DNA from: Phycisphaeraceae bacterium | GTDB taxonomy: Bacteria; Planctomycetota; Phycisphaerae; Phycisphaerales; Phycisphaeraceae | Assembly: GCA_963674705.1 (NCBI GenBank) | Contig: OY771506.1 | Location: 4,704,001 to 4,768,000, forward strand | DNA: 64,000 nucleotides | Reading direction: 5' to 3' | Shown: positions 9,818 to 19,585 of the stretch, piece by piece | Layout of the letters: each line of letters starts with the position of its first letter | Position numbering within the stretch: position 1 is the first letter of the stretch | Made by a program: the position numbers and the translations under genes | The notes under the pieces: generated by a model | Told to the model about the DNA's origin: nothing | Database searches by the model: none | The model's input: the letters and a program-made list of their open reading frames with translations, nothing else

Positions 9818-10673
9818 GAACGGCTCCATGTCTGGTATGCAAACCCAACGAACAAACCCAGGATGTTGCCTCTTCCAACTCATCGATGTTGCAGGTACGC
9901 CCCATCTGAGGGTCCGCTACTGCACGCCACGCAGGTAGGTACCCCGGCATCAGCTCAAACACCGCCTCTGGAAGGTTCGCCGCCACCCATTCCGCCACCG
10001 GTTTAAAACAGCAATCCAGATGGCCCGGCATCAACAGGTGCCGGATGAACAAGTCACCACGTTCTGCGACGATCCGTAAGTTCCGTGTGAGCACATGCGT
10101 GTAACGGTCGACGCCGGCAATACGCTTCGCGCAATCATCCCTACCGAACTTGAAGTCCACGAGGTATATCCGTACCACCGGCTCAAGCAGGTCCAGCGTT
10201 TGAGGTGTGATGTAAAGATTGGTCTTCAGTGCGATCGGCAGTTGTCGGTCCGACGCAGCGGCTAGCTCAAGGATCGTGTGGGGATGCAGTGCCGGTTCGC
10301 CCCCGATAAGCGTGATCGTCTTCGCGCCGTACTTCACAGCATCGGTGATCTCTTGTGATAAAGCTCGGGGATTGATAAGCTCGCCACGGCATGGATCGAA
10401 ACATTGCGGCGCCTGAATACAGAACCGACACCGCATATTGCATCCGCTTAGGTAGACCATGTAAGCGGGCAGCAGTTCGACTTCTTCGGCGAGACTCAGA
10501 TGACGTTTGTAGGTGTAACTGTCCGCACCGAGTCCACACGGCCCAACCTCGCCGCGCAGTCTGTTTGCCCCGCAACGCAACTCGCAGACTTCACAAGACG
10601 CCAGGGCCGACTTTGCACGTTCGACCAGAACGCACAAGTGGCGTCGATCCGTTTGTATGCGCGTCGTAGGCAA
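9801..10673 (-). CDS. Radical SAM protein, PflX-like
   Basis: N-terminal CEVCELRC..NR, CNMRCRFC (CxxxCxxC), GGEP, DFKFG, IRHLLMPGH. Confidence 0.88.
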   Translation of the reverse strand: MPTTRIQTDRRHLCVLVERAKSALASCEVCELRCGANRLRGEVGPCGLGADSYTYKRHLSLAEEVELLPAYMVYLSGCNMRCRFCIQAPQCFDPCRGELINPRALSQEITDAVKYGAKTITLIGGEPALHPHTILELAAASDRQLPIALKTNLYITPQTLDLLEPVVRIYLVDFKFGRDDCAKRIAGVDRYTHVLTRNLRIVAERGDLFIRHLLMPGHLDCCFKPVAEWVAANLPEAVFELMPGYLPAWRAVADPQMGRTCNIDELEEATSWVCSLGLHTRHGAVHAYSE

Positions 10674-10717
10674 GACTGGCTCCGTGTGATCCTTAAAGAA
10701 CCGTCTACTACCTATAT

Positions 10718-10743
10718 GACGTAGACGTCACGGGGCCGTTTCA
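10718..10743 (-). promoter_or_regulatory. ECF sigma-type promoter for the radical SAM-AAA-PilT operon
   Basis: Minus strand TGAAAC-N16-CGTC, about 45 bp upstream of the TTG start. Confidence 0.6.
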
Positions 10744-11115
10744 GAAATTGATCTGACTTGATCTATCGTACGAATCAGTACGCAAAATGGCACATGAAGC
10801 GCTTATTCAGCCGGCATCACACATGATTTTTATATGTACCAACCCCTGAAGGGCTTAATCTTATCAGGCAAACACCCATGATACGCGTAATTCTCTTTAT
10901 ACAAGCAACTTAGCTCACCATGCGATATGGCGCTCTTTCGCAATGGGTCTTGTTCTCACGCCATAGGAACGATGGCCAACCTGCCAGCTGGACCAGATTG
11001 ACGAAATAAGATCATCTTGTCCTCGTTATGCTTGTAAGTGTTATCTCGATTGCATGCTGTGTTTACAAATATTGTCCAGACAATTGGTTAGGCACGCCAT
11101 CCAGATGGAGTTGTT

Positions 11116-12666
11116 ATGCGCGCCCTGCACTACGTGGTTATCACAATGATATTGGTTATGGCCTCATGCGCCACACTGTCAGGCAGCACCTCTCAACCAA
11201 TTGCTCCCTATGAACAATCGTCTGAGTTTGAGCCGGCCAATCACATCGATGAGATTGTGCTTGAATCACTGACAGCATCTGATCTGGAACCCGCGGGATT
11301 ATGCAGTGACGCCGTCTTTGTTCGTCGTGTCTACCTGGACGTCATCGGGAAACTGCCGAAACCAAATGAAGTCAGATCGTTTACTCGAGACAAAAGACTC
11401 GACAAGCGTGCTCGACTGATCGACAAACTGCTGGAAAGAGATGAGTTCGCCGACTACTGGTCGATGAAGTGGTGCGACGTGCTGCGTGTCAAGGCCGAAC
11501 ACCCGATTAATCTCTGGCCGAATGGGGTGCAGGTGTATCACCGTTGGGTGTATCACAGCATCGCGAACAACAAGCCATACGATCAATTTGCCCGTGAACT
11601 ATTGACAAGCAGCGGCAGCAACTTCCGTGTTCCGCAGGTCAACTTCTACCGGGCGATCCAAGGGGAGTCTCCATCCTCGATCGCAGCAGCGGTAGGGCTG
11701 ACATTTATGGATCAGCGTATCGAGGACTGGTCCGATGATGATCGCACTGATATGGAGGTGTTCTTCTCATACGTGGCCTATAAACCGACTGCGGAATGGA
11801 AAGAACAGATTATCTACCTTGATCCAACGCCCCGGCCGGTGATCGACGCAGTGTTGCCGGATGGATCCCATGTGCGTATCGAACCGGATACTGATCCGCG
11901 ACAGGTGTTCGCAGATTGGTTAATCCGTCCTGGTAACAAACAGTTTACTGCCACGATCGGTAATCGTGTATGGACTTGGCTGATGGGACAGAGCATCTGT
12001 CAGGATTCACCAGCAAGTCAGCCGGCACTACTGGCGTACCTGCAGAAGGAACTGATCAAAACTCACTATGACTTGAAGCACCTGTATCGGCTGATACTCA
12101 ATTCTCGAACATATCAGCAGTCATCGATTCCACGCAATGAAGATCCACATGCTGCTGAACACTTCGCGGCCTATCCAGTGCGCCGCCTTGAGGCTGAAGT
12201 ACTGATCGATGCGCTCGTGGAGTTGTTTGGTCCGGCGGAGAGTTATGAAAGCCCGATACCGGAGCCGTTCACATATGTTCCTGAGTCGGAACCGACAGTA
12301 TCGCTGGCAGACGGCAGCATCACCAGCCCATTCCTGGAACAGTTCGGCCGACCATCACGCGACACGGGCCTCTTGACCGAACGTAGTAACGAATCGACCG
12401 TCCAGCAACGGCTGCACATGCTCAACTCCTCGCACATCCAGAAAAAGATTGAAAGCAGTTGGCGCCTGAATCAACTGATGACTCGTGAACGCGGCAACCG
12501 AGGGAGGTTGGTCAACGAGTTGTACCTGATGACCTTGTCACGCTCCCCGACCGATGCGGAGAAAGCCGCCGCCAAATCGTATCTAAATGATGGAGATCTC
12601 AGGCAAGGCGTAAATGACCTGGCATGGGCACTGATCAATAGCAAAGAGTTTCTCTACCGGCATTGA
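11116..12666 (+). CDS. DUF1549/DUF1553 domain protein
   Basis: NHIDEIV, FVRRVYLDVIGKLP, NKPYDQFARELL, LKHLYRLILNSRTYQ, DLAWALINSKEF. Confidence 0.9.
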   Translation: MRALHYVVITMILVMASCATLSGSTSQPIAPYEQSSEFEPANHIDEIVLESLTASDLEPAGLCSDAVFVRRVYLDVIGKLPKPNEVRSFTRDKRLDKRARLIDKLLERDEFADYWSMKWCDVLRVKAEHPINLWPNGVQVYHRWVYHSIANNKPYDQFARELLTSSGSNFRVPQVNFYRAIQGESPSSIAAAVGLTFMDQRIEDWSDDDRTDMEVFFSYVAYKPTAEWKEQIIYLDPTPRPVIDAVLPDGSHVRIEPDTDPRQVFADWLIRPGNKQFTATIGNRVWTWLMGQSICQDSPASQPALLAYLQKELIKTHYDLKHLYRLILNSRTYQQSSIPRNEDPHAAEHFAAYPVRRLEAEVLIDALVELFGPAESYESPIPEPFTYVPESEPTVSLADGSITSPFLEQFGRPSRDTGLLTERSNESTVQQRLHMLNSSHIQKKIESSWRLNQLMTRERGNRGRLVNELYLMTLSRSPTDAEKAAAKSYLNDGDLRQGVNDLAWALINSKEFLYRH

Positions 12667-12696
12667 CCACCGCCTCTTGCCGCAGGAGTGGATGAT

Positions 12697-14049
12697 ATGA
12701 AACCAAGCATACAAAACCACTGGATTACACGCCGTGAGGCGTTAAAGGTGGGTATCGCCGGCGCGGCTTCACTGGCATTGGGTGCCCATGAACATCTTAT
12801 CGCTGCGCCCGCAGCAACTGCATTATCATCTTCAAATGCGATGGCCAAGTCAGTGATCCAAATCTGGATGTGGGGTGGACCATCACACCTTGATACGTTC
12901 GATCCTAAGCCCGATGCAGGACGTGATTACACAGGCCCACTAGATAAACCTATCAAAACAAATGTAGATGGCATCCAGATCGGCCAACTTCTGCCGGAAT
13001 TAGCCAAGCAAGCGGACAAATACTCGATCATCCGCAGCATGACCCATGGGATCAACGCTCATGAGACCGCATCATACCTGATGCAGACAGGTCGGATGCC
13101 TGATCGGATCAGTTACCCGAGTGTGGGAGCAGTTGTATCGAAGTTTCGCGGCTATGACGCAGGATATAACGGGCCGATTGCACCATACGTTGTCCTGACT
13201 GAACCGCAGGGCAGATTCTCAGAAGCAGGCTGCCTGGGGCAGAAGTATAAGCCGTTTGCAACTGGTGGTGATCCGAATCGCAATCGGTTTGTCGTTGAAG
13301 GAATCATAGCAGAGGGTATCAGTGATGAGCGTCAATCTGCTCGCCGTCAGCTGATGCACGATCTTGACACCCTTGGCAAGGTGATGCAAGACGAGCCACA
13401 GTTTCAAAAGCATGATGAAACCGAGCAACAAGCCTACGACACAATGTTCGGCAAGGCGAGAGAGGTGTTCGACCTATCCAGTGTGGATAAGGCGCTGCGC
13501 GATCGCTACGGCCGCAATACGTTCGGTCAATCGTGTCTGATGGCTAGACGGTTGGTTGAGGTCGGTGTTCCTTACATCACCATCAATTACAAAGGCTGGG
13601 ACACACACAAACAACATTTCCAGTTGATGCAAAGAAAACTGCCGGAGATGGATGCGGCCATGGCTACGCTGCTGAGTGACCTGAGCGAGCGTGGTCTGCT
13701 CGATAGCACAATCGTCTGGTGGGGTGGAGAATTCGGCCGCACGCCGAAGGTGCTATGGGAGCCGCCGTGGAACGGTGGACGGGGCCACTTCGGCCAATGT
13801 TTTTCTGTGGTTGTCGCCGGTGGTGGATTTGTCGGCGGGCATGTAGTCGGCGCCTCCAATGCCAAAGGCGATGATGTTGCCGAACGCCCCGTGTATCCGA
13901 TCGACCTGATCGGCAGCATGTACGAACTACTTGGTATTGATACCACAGGCTCCTTAACGAATCCGCTCAATCTCGATCTGAACATACTTCCAGAAGTCAG
14001 TGGCAACGTGAAGTCAGCCGGTCGGCTGAAGGAGATCATGTCGATATGA
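12697..14049 (+). CDS. DUF1501 domain protein (Tat-like signal)
   Basis: TRREALK, GGPSHLDTFDPKP, RYGRNTFGQSCLMARRLVE, WDTH, GEFGRTP. Confidence 0.92.
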   Translation: MKPSIQNHWITRREALKVGIAGAASLALGAHEHLIAAPAATALSSSNAMAKSVIQIWMWGGPSHLDTFDPKPDAGRDYTGPLDKPIKTNVDGIQIGQLLPELAKQADKYSIIRSMTHGINAHETASYLMQTGRMPDRISYPSVGAVVSKFRGYDAGYNGPIAPYVVLTEPQGRFSEAGCLGQKYKPFATGGDPNRNRFVVEGIIAEGISDERQSARRQLMHDLDTLGKVMQDEPQFQKHDETEQQAYDTMFGKAREVFDLSSVDKALRDRYGRNTFGQSCLMARRLVEVGVPYITINYKGWDTHKQHFQLMQRKLPEMDAAMATLLSDLSERGLLDSTIVWWGGEFGRTPKVLWEPPWNGGRGHFGQCFSVVVAGGGFVGGHVVGASNAKGDDVAERPVYPIDLIGSMYELLGIDTTGSLTNPLNLDLNILPEVSGNVKSAGRLKEIMSI

Positions 14050-16412
14050 CCCGCGCCGCCCCACTGTTTATGTTGTTTTTCGTTTTGTTCACAGCGGCTC
14101 CGACCTTGGCCCAAGAGGGAAAGCGTGATCCTGGCATCGGGTATCTATATCCAGCCGGTGCCCAGCGAGGCACCACCGTTCGCGTGCTGGTTGGCGGGCA
14201 GTTCTTGCGGAGTTCGGAATCGGTATATGTCAGCGGAGAAGGTGTCAGCGGTAAAGTGGTGGAACATTATCCACCATTGCGCAATATCGATAAGGAGCAA
14301 CGTGCCGTATTACTCAGCCGTATGGCTGATTGTGCCCAAGTGAGATGGGATGAACTTGTCGAATTGGGTCTGGTCAAAGGAAAGCCGCCTTGGAACCTTA
14401 CCCGTAAGCCGTCTGTGAATTCCGAAGACGCCAAACCAGTAGAACTGCCCAGGCATTTTCTGTTGAACGACTGGGAACAAATGTCGCTAAGACAATTGGC
14501 ATCCATCCGCGACCGGCTAACTGATCGTAGCATGCAACAGCTTAACACTCAGATCGCTGAGACAGTGCTGGTCGAATTGACCATCGATGCCGACGCTGTC
14601 CCGGGCGATCGTGAATTGCGCCTTAGGGGAGGCATGGGCTTGACCAACCCAATGTTATTCCAGATTGGTCAATTGCCTGAGGTGCAAGAGGTCGAATCGA
14701 ATGATCCTCGTGAATGGGATCCACTGCCACCCGAACCCCCCGTTGATCTGCCAGTAGTAATCAACGGGCAGGTGCTTCCGGGTGATGTCGATCGCTTGCG
14801 TTTTCACGCCGAGGCGGGCCAATCCCTGGTGATCATAGTGCAGGCGCGTCACTTGGTTCCTTTCCTCGCGGATGCGGTCCCCGGTTGGTTCCAGCCGGTT
14901 GTCACGTTATATGATGTGAATGGCCAGGAGCTGGCTTTCGCAGACGACTACTTCTTCGATCCCGATCCTGTAATTCATTTTGACGTACCTGCAACCGGTG
15001 TATACACGCTTGAGATCTGTGATGCGATCTACCGCGGCCGAGAGGACTTCATCTACCGGATTAGTATCGGCGAGTTACCTTTCATTACTTCCATGTACCC
15101 GCTGGTTGGTAGTACCAATGAATCAACATCCACGACAATCAAAGGATGGAACCTGCCTTCCGATGTTTTAGCTTTACCTGGTCAGCCTGTAGGTGTTTAC
15201 ACAGTTTCATTAGACCACCCATTGGGTCTGAGCAATCCAATGATGTACATTGTCGATGATGCACCTGTTCAGCACGAGGATGAACCTGATAATCCGACAA
15301 ATGCAGTACAGAAGTGCGAATTACCACTACTTATTGAAGGACGCATTAATTCACCCGGCGATGTGGATATCTATAGATTTGAAGGACTAGCTGGCCAGCA
15401 TCTGGTAGCGGAAGTGATCGCACGCAGGCTTCATTCACCACTCGACTCGCTGTTACGTGTGACTGATTCTCAAGGTAAGACTATCGCCTGGAATGACGAC
15501 TGCACCGATAAACGAGGTTATTTGCACCGTGGTTATGGTGTATTGACTCACCAGGCCGACTCTCGTCTCGAGGTCGAGTTGCCTGAAAACGGTATTTACG
15601 ATGTATCTGTCACGGATGCAACGTGTCACGGCGGTCCGGCTTATGGTTACCAACTCCGAATCGGCCCTCCCGAGCCGGACTTCGAACTATACATCGGCCC
15701 ATCGTCGGTTAACGTGATCACCGGTCACTCCACACCGTTGACGGTGCATGTCCTGCGCCGCGATGGATTCGACGGTCCGATCGAATTGCAACTCGTGGAA
15801 CCACCAGCGGGTTTTACACTCGACGAGGCTACCGTTCCCTCCGGTGTCGATTGCATTCGCGTCACTCTGACAGCGCCAACAGAGCGTATCATCAAACCAT
15901 TCGAATTGAATATCCAGGGCCAAGCCGTAATCGAGGGTTCTACGATCACAAAAACAGCAATGACGGTCGACGACGTTATGCAGGCGTTCCTCTGGCGTCA
16001 TCTGGTTCCGACCAGGCAGATGCTCGTATCCAATAACGGACGGCGGCGATCACCTACGCCGCCAAGGCGCATTGGCGATAATCGAATACAAGTACCAGCC
16101 GGCGGTTCGGCAACTGTATCTTTCCGGGCTGAACTGCCTCGCAATCCCAATAACATTCATCTTGATCTAAATGAACCGCCGGACGGGCTTTCGATCGGTC
16201 CGGTTCGAATCAATAACGATCAAATCAGTTTTGATCTCTTCGCTACCAACGAGGTGAACGTTGGAATAACAGACAATCTGATTATCGACCTTTCGATGCA
16301 CTTAACCAGGAAGGAGAAAGACGGAACGGAGCGATCGATACAACAGCCGCTTGGCTCGCTTCCGGCTGTTCCTTTTGTGATTGTGGAGCGACCCACTCAT
16401 GAATCCGACTAA
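14046..16412 (+). CDS. Secreted PPC (pre-peptidase C-terminal) repeat protein
   Basis: YLYPAGAQRGTTV, EVESND, GDVDRLRF / GDVDIYRF, YQLRIGPPEPDFEL; usual partner of DUF1501/DUF1553. Confidence 0.82.
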   Translation: MTRAAPLFMLFFVLFTAAPTLAQEGKRDPGIGYLYPAGAQRGTTVRVLVGGQFLRSSESVYVSGEGVSGKVVEHYPPLRNIDKEQRAVLLSRMADCAQVRWDELVELGLVKGKPPWNLTRKPSVNSEDAKPVELPRHFLLNDWEQMSLRQLASIRDRLTDRSMQQLNTQIAETVLVELTIDADAVPGDRELRLRGGMGLTNPMLFQIGQLPEVQEVESNDPREWDPLPPEPPVDLPVVINGQVLPGDVDRLRFHAEAGQSLVIIVQARHLVPFLADAVPGWFQPVVTLYDVNGQELAFADDYFFDPDPVIHFDVPATGVYTLEICDAIYRGREDFIYRISIGELPFITSMYPLVGSTNESTSTTIKGWNLPSDVLALPGQPVGVYTVSLDHPLGLSNPMMYIVDDAPVQHEDEPDNPTNAVQKCELPLLIEGRINSPGDVDIYRFEGLAGQHLVAEVIARRLHSPLDSLLRVTDSQGKTIAWNDDCTDKRGYLHRGYGVLTHQADSRLEVELPENGIYDVSVTDATCHGGPAYGYQLRIGPPEPDFELYIGPSSVNVITGHSTPLTVHVLRRDGFDGPIELQLVEPPAGFTLDEATVPSGVDCIRVTLTAPTERIIKPFELNIQGQAVIEGSTITKTAMTVDDVMQAFLWRHLVPTRQMLVSNNGRRRSPTPPRRIGDNRIQVPAGGSATVSFRAELPRNPNNIHLDLNEPPDGLSIGPVRINNDQISFDLFATNEVNVGITDNLIIDLSMHLTRKEKDGTERSIQQPLGSLPAVPFVIVERPTHESD

Positions 16413-17616
16413 CATGATCGAACAGAATTCAACGAGCATGAAGTGTCGCCGAATTGATTGCACGGACCTGCCTGTGTGTGTAAGGATGTCGTTGTTCAAG
16501 GCTGATTCGGATGTCACAGAGATCCACTTGTCGGCCGCGCCAACCGCGCCGGGTGATATCGGAGAGCAACTCAGTTGGCTCAACGATGCGTACCACGCAG
16601 CCTTAGACGCGATCGATTGCGACACGCGATCGGCCGTGTTCCGCAGACTTTTTTGCAGCGATCCAGCCAACCAATATGACGAAGTAATCGCCGATCCACT
16701 GGGACAAACCGGCTATAAGGATCAAGCCTGCGCCGTCAGTATTGTTGGCCAATCACCCGCACCACCAGCCAAAGTCGCTCTATTAGCCTACCACGTGCAT
16801 GATCCAGCAGAACATCTTGTCAAGTCTCACGACGGATCAGCGCTGACTTTGCGACGCGGCCGTCTTAAACACCACTGGACCACGGGGATGTCCGCCCCCA
16901 CTGAAGTCGACTCACGCCAACAATCTCGTAGTATTTTGACCGATTACGAGCGTTATCTTCAAGCCAGTCAAATGTCCCTGGCAGACAATACCATACGTAC
17001 CTGGCTTTTCCTCCGAGACATCGATGTTAATTACCAGGGTATGGTACAGGCACGCAGAAAGCTTTTTAATGAACAAGGTCTCAATGCAGACACTCACTAT
17101 ATCGCCAGCACAGGCATCGGCGGTCTCAACCCTGACCACCATGCTCTGGTGACCATGGACGCATGGTCAGTTGCAGGCTTAGACCCAAGCCAGGTCCGCT
17201 ATCTCAAGGCCGGTGACCATCTCAGTGCGACAGATGTGTACGGTGTCACGTTTGAGCGTGGAACGGTAGTCTCATACCGTGATCGAGAACACATAATCAT
17301 TTCAGGCACCGCAAGCATTGACCAACACGGCCAAATCATGCATCCCGGCAACATATACCGCCAACTCAACCAAACGATGAACAATATCATGGCCCTGCTC
17401 AATGAAGCCGGTGCAAGCACTTGCGATGTGGCATATTGGATCGTCTATCTGAGAGATGTCTCTGACTTGACAACGCTTAATGGTCAAATACATAAATGGC
17501 TTGGTAATGCACCGATGGTCCTTGTGCAGGCGCCTGTCTGCCGCCCGGGCTGGCTCATAGAAATAGAGTGTCTGGCTATCTCCCCTGCTCATCTGCCTGA
17601 TCTGCCAAACTACTGA
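16399..17616 (+). CDS. Rid/YjgF-fold protein (endoribonuclease L-PSP / chorismatase-like, multi-domain)
   Basis: RTWLFLRDID, ASTGIGG, YGVTFERG, ISGTASID, VCRPGWLIEIE. Confidence 0.8.
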   Translation: MNPTNMIEQNSTSMKCRRIDCTDLPVCVRMSLFKADSDVTEIHLSAAPTAPGDIGEQLSWLNDAYHAALDAIDCDTRSAVFRRLFCSDPANQYDEVIADPLGQTGYKDQACAVSIVGQSPAPPAKVALLAYHVHDPAEHLVKSHDGSALTLRRGRLKHHWTTGMSAPTEVDSRQQSRSILTDYERYLQASQMSLADNTIRTWLFLRDIDVNYQGMVQARRKLFNEQGLNADTHYIASTGIGGLNPDHHALVTMDAWSVAGLDPSQVRYLKAGDHLSATDVYGVTFERGTVVSYRDREHIIISGTASIDQHGQIMHPGNIYRQLNQTMNNIMALLNEAGASTCDVAYWIVYLRDVSDLTTLNGQIHKWLGNAPMVLVQAPVCRPGWLIEIECLAISPAHLPDLPNY

Positions 17617-17933
17617 TTGTGAAAATAGCCATAGCCCTGCAAGATATTCATTAGCCAACGAGTTTCACAAATGCATGCGACTGTCAGCCGATAGCCTTGG
17701 TTGGATACCGCGAATACTCTTCTTGAAGAATGACATAACGACGACAACCTCGCTACTGCTGTAAAGTGCGATCCGGCTGTTGCACCAGGTCACTATCGCG
17801 AGATTAACTCACTCGGGTTACTACACTTCCACGCCATCAGTATCTCTTACTGATGGCATGGCCTGTTCGTAGTGATTCACGTGATACCGTATCAAGTTCT
17901 TGTGTGATTCATTCGGAATTAAGGTGCACATCC

Positions 17934-17961
17934 TTGACAATTGAATGACTTGATTTATACT
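17934..17961 (+). promoter_or_regulatory. Sigma70-type promoter
   Basis: TTGACA-N16-TATACT, conserved in copy 2. Confidence 0.75.
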
Positions 17962-18106
17962 GGCCGGTGGTGAAAGTGCATATGCGGCTGCCACAGGCAG
18001 CCATAATCAAGTCAATCGGAGGAAGTCCCCAGCATATAATTCCCAGCCACTGAACATTCAGGTTATTAACGGTTACTTTGTAGCTGCTGGGCAAGAGATA
18101 CTAGAG

Positions 18107-18140
18107 AAAGCCCTCGCAACATTGATTGTGAGGGCTTTTT
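18107..18140 (+). terminator. Intrinsic terminator within the 5' leader (attenuator)
   Basis: AAAGCCCTCGCAA-loop-TTGTGAGGGCTTTTT between promoter and CDS. Confidence 0.8.
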
Positions 18141-18441
18141 GTATTGTGACTCGAACTAAAACCATTTGGAGGGCGCATATCGAGACAGGTTGAAAATAAC
18201 ACAGCGAGTCGTTTCTTTTATGACTTCTGACACCGCGTGTTAGAAGGTTGTGTGTACTTACACACATCTGTGGCTGTGAAATGAGAAGAATTGAATTATG
18301 TGGGCGAGTAGTCGGTGCGATGAGAAGTGCCAGTCCTTCGTGAAGCTTACCGATTCCCGCAATGCCCGGATTCTGCCTGCGACTTGGAACAAACAGTGTC
18401 TGCGAAGTTGGACTACAATTCACTTATATAGGAGGAAGAAA

Positions 18442-19161
18442 ATGTTGAAGACAACACCCTGCATACTGACGCTTGCACTGGCTGCCGGCGCAGTCCACGC
18501 GGACCTGATCAATGAGTTCAGCCCCAATCCTGATGGCGCTGATCCGCTCACCCAGACAATCGAACTGCTCGGTACGCCCGGCGCTTCGTTCGATCTGTGG
18601 TTCCTCGAGATCGAATCGGACCTCCAGGCGTCAATGGGGACAATTGACCGCGCCGAACCCATGGTAGGCACGTATGATGCCAATGGTATTGCTACCATAG
18701 AGATTGCCGATCTGGAAAACCCCAGCTCGACCTATGTGCTTACCTCCGGCTTTGATATCAACAACCTGGGCATCGATAACGACGCCGACGATGACGGTAT
18801 TTGGGATGACATCGCCCTGCTCGGCACCGTGATGGATGCGGTCGGCCATTTTGATGCACCCGAAGACTTCGTCGACTATGCAGGCCAGCTCGGTGGTGTG
18901 GCCATGGCTTTCAGTGCCAGCCTCGGCGACGGCGAAGCGGAGCTACTCTTCCGTGACCGCGTCACCCTTGACTGGTACGCCTCCGATGTGGGTATCCCCG
19001 GCCTGGCTGACGCCAACGGCAACGATGTCGACCCAAACCTCTTTGACCTCGATCCATTCACGGCAACCTTCGGCAGCGCTAACCCGACCGTTATCCCCGA
19101 ACCGGCCATGATAAGTCTGTTTGGCTTCGCCGGCCTTGCAACACTGCTGCGCCGCCGTTGA
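18442..19161 (+). CDS. Secreted PEP-CTERM protein (acidic, lamin-tail-like domain)
   Basis: GGAGG RBS 18431; signal peptide; INEFSPNPDGAD...IELLGTPG; IPEPAMISLFGFAGLATLLRRR. Confidence 0.85.
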   Translation: MLKTTPCILTLALAAGAVHADLINEFSPNPDGADPLTQTIELLGTPGASFDLWFLEIESDLQASMGTIDRAEPMVGTYDANGIATIEIADLENPSSTYVLTSGFDINNLGIDNDADDDGIWDDIALLGTVMDAVGHFDAPEDFVDYAGQLGGVAMAFSASLGDGEAELLFRDRVTLDWYASDVGIPGLADANGNDVDPNLFDLDPFTATFGSANPTVIPEPAMISLFGFAGLATLLRRR

Positions 19162-19199
19162 TATAGACCCGGTCAAAAATGAAACATGCAGATAATATG

Positions 19200-19230
19200 C
19201 GAAGACCCGTCACCAAAGCGGGTCTTCGTT
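19200..19230 (+). terminator. Probable terminator hairpin
   Basis: CGAAGACCCG/CGGGTCTTCG perfect 10-bp stem followed by TTACTTT. Confidence 0.65.
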
Positions 19231-19585
19231 ACTTTGCATTGATAAGCATAATGGTGTGAACCGGAGTTAAACGAAAGATTGAGGATGACGAATCTATATT
19301 ATATCTTCACACTGTAATCTGACGTCACTTTTTGTGTTTGTTTTCTGTTAACAACAGATTGTGTGTGATCCCCACAGGTCAATCATTATCTGGCGATAGT
19401 GACCACGTTACCGCCACATCCTCAACCCAGTCGGCTTTACTATTTATGCATGCCATATAAATCCCATCCCGTATTCATGGTGATCCTGGAGTAATTGGGA
19501 AGCAATAATTTTGGAATACGTATTAATATCATTGCGTTAAACCCGCACGTAAAGCTAAGCGAATCAAGATCCAGCACAATTCACG

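Larger units (their letters stand above)
17914..18195 (+). repeat. Leader element copy 1 (promoter + structured RNA + terminator)
   Basis: Aligns without gaps (offset 1672) to 19586-19812 over the core; TTGACA 17934, TATACT 17956. Confidence 0.9.
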
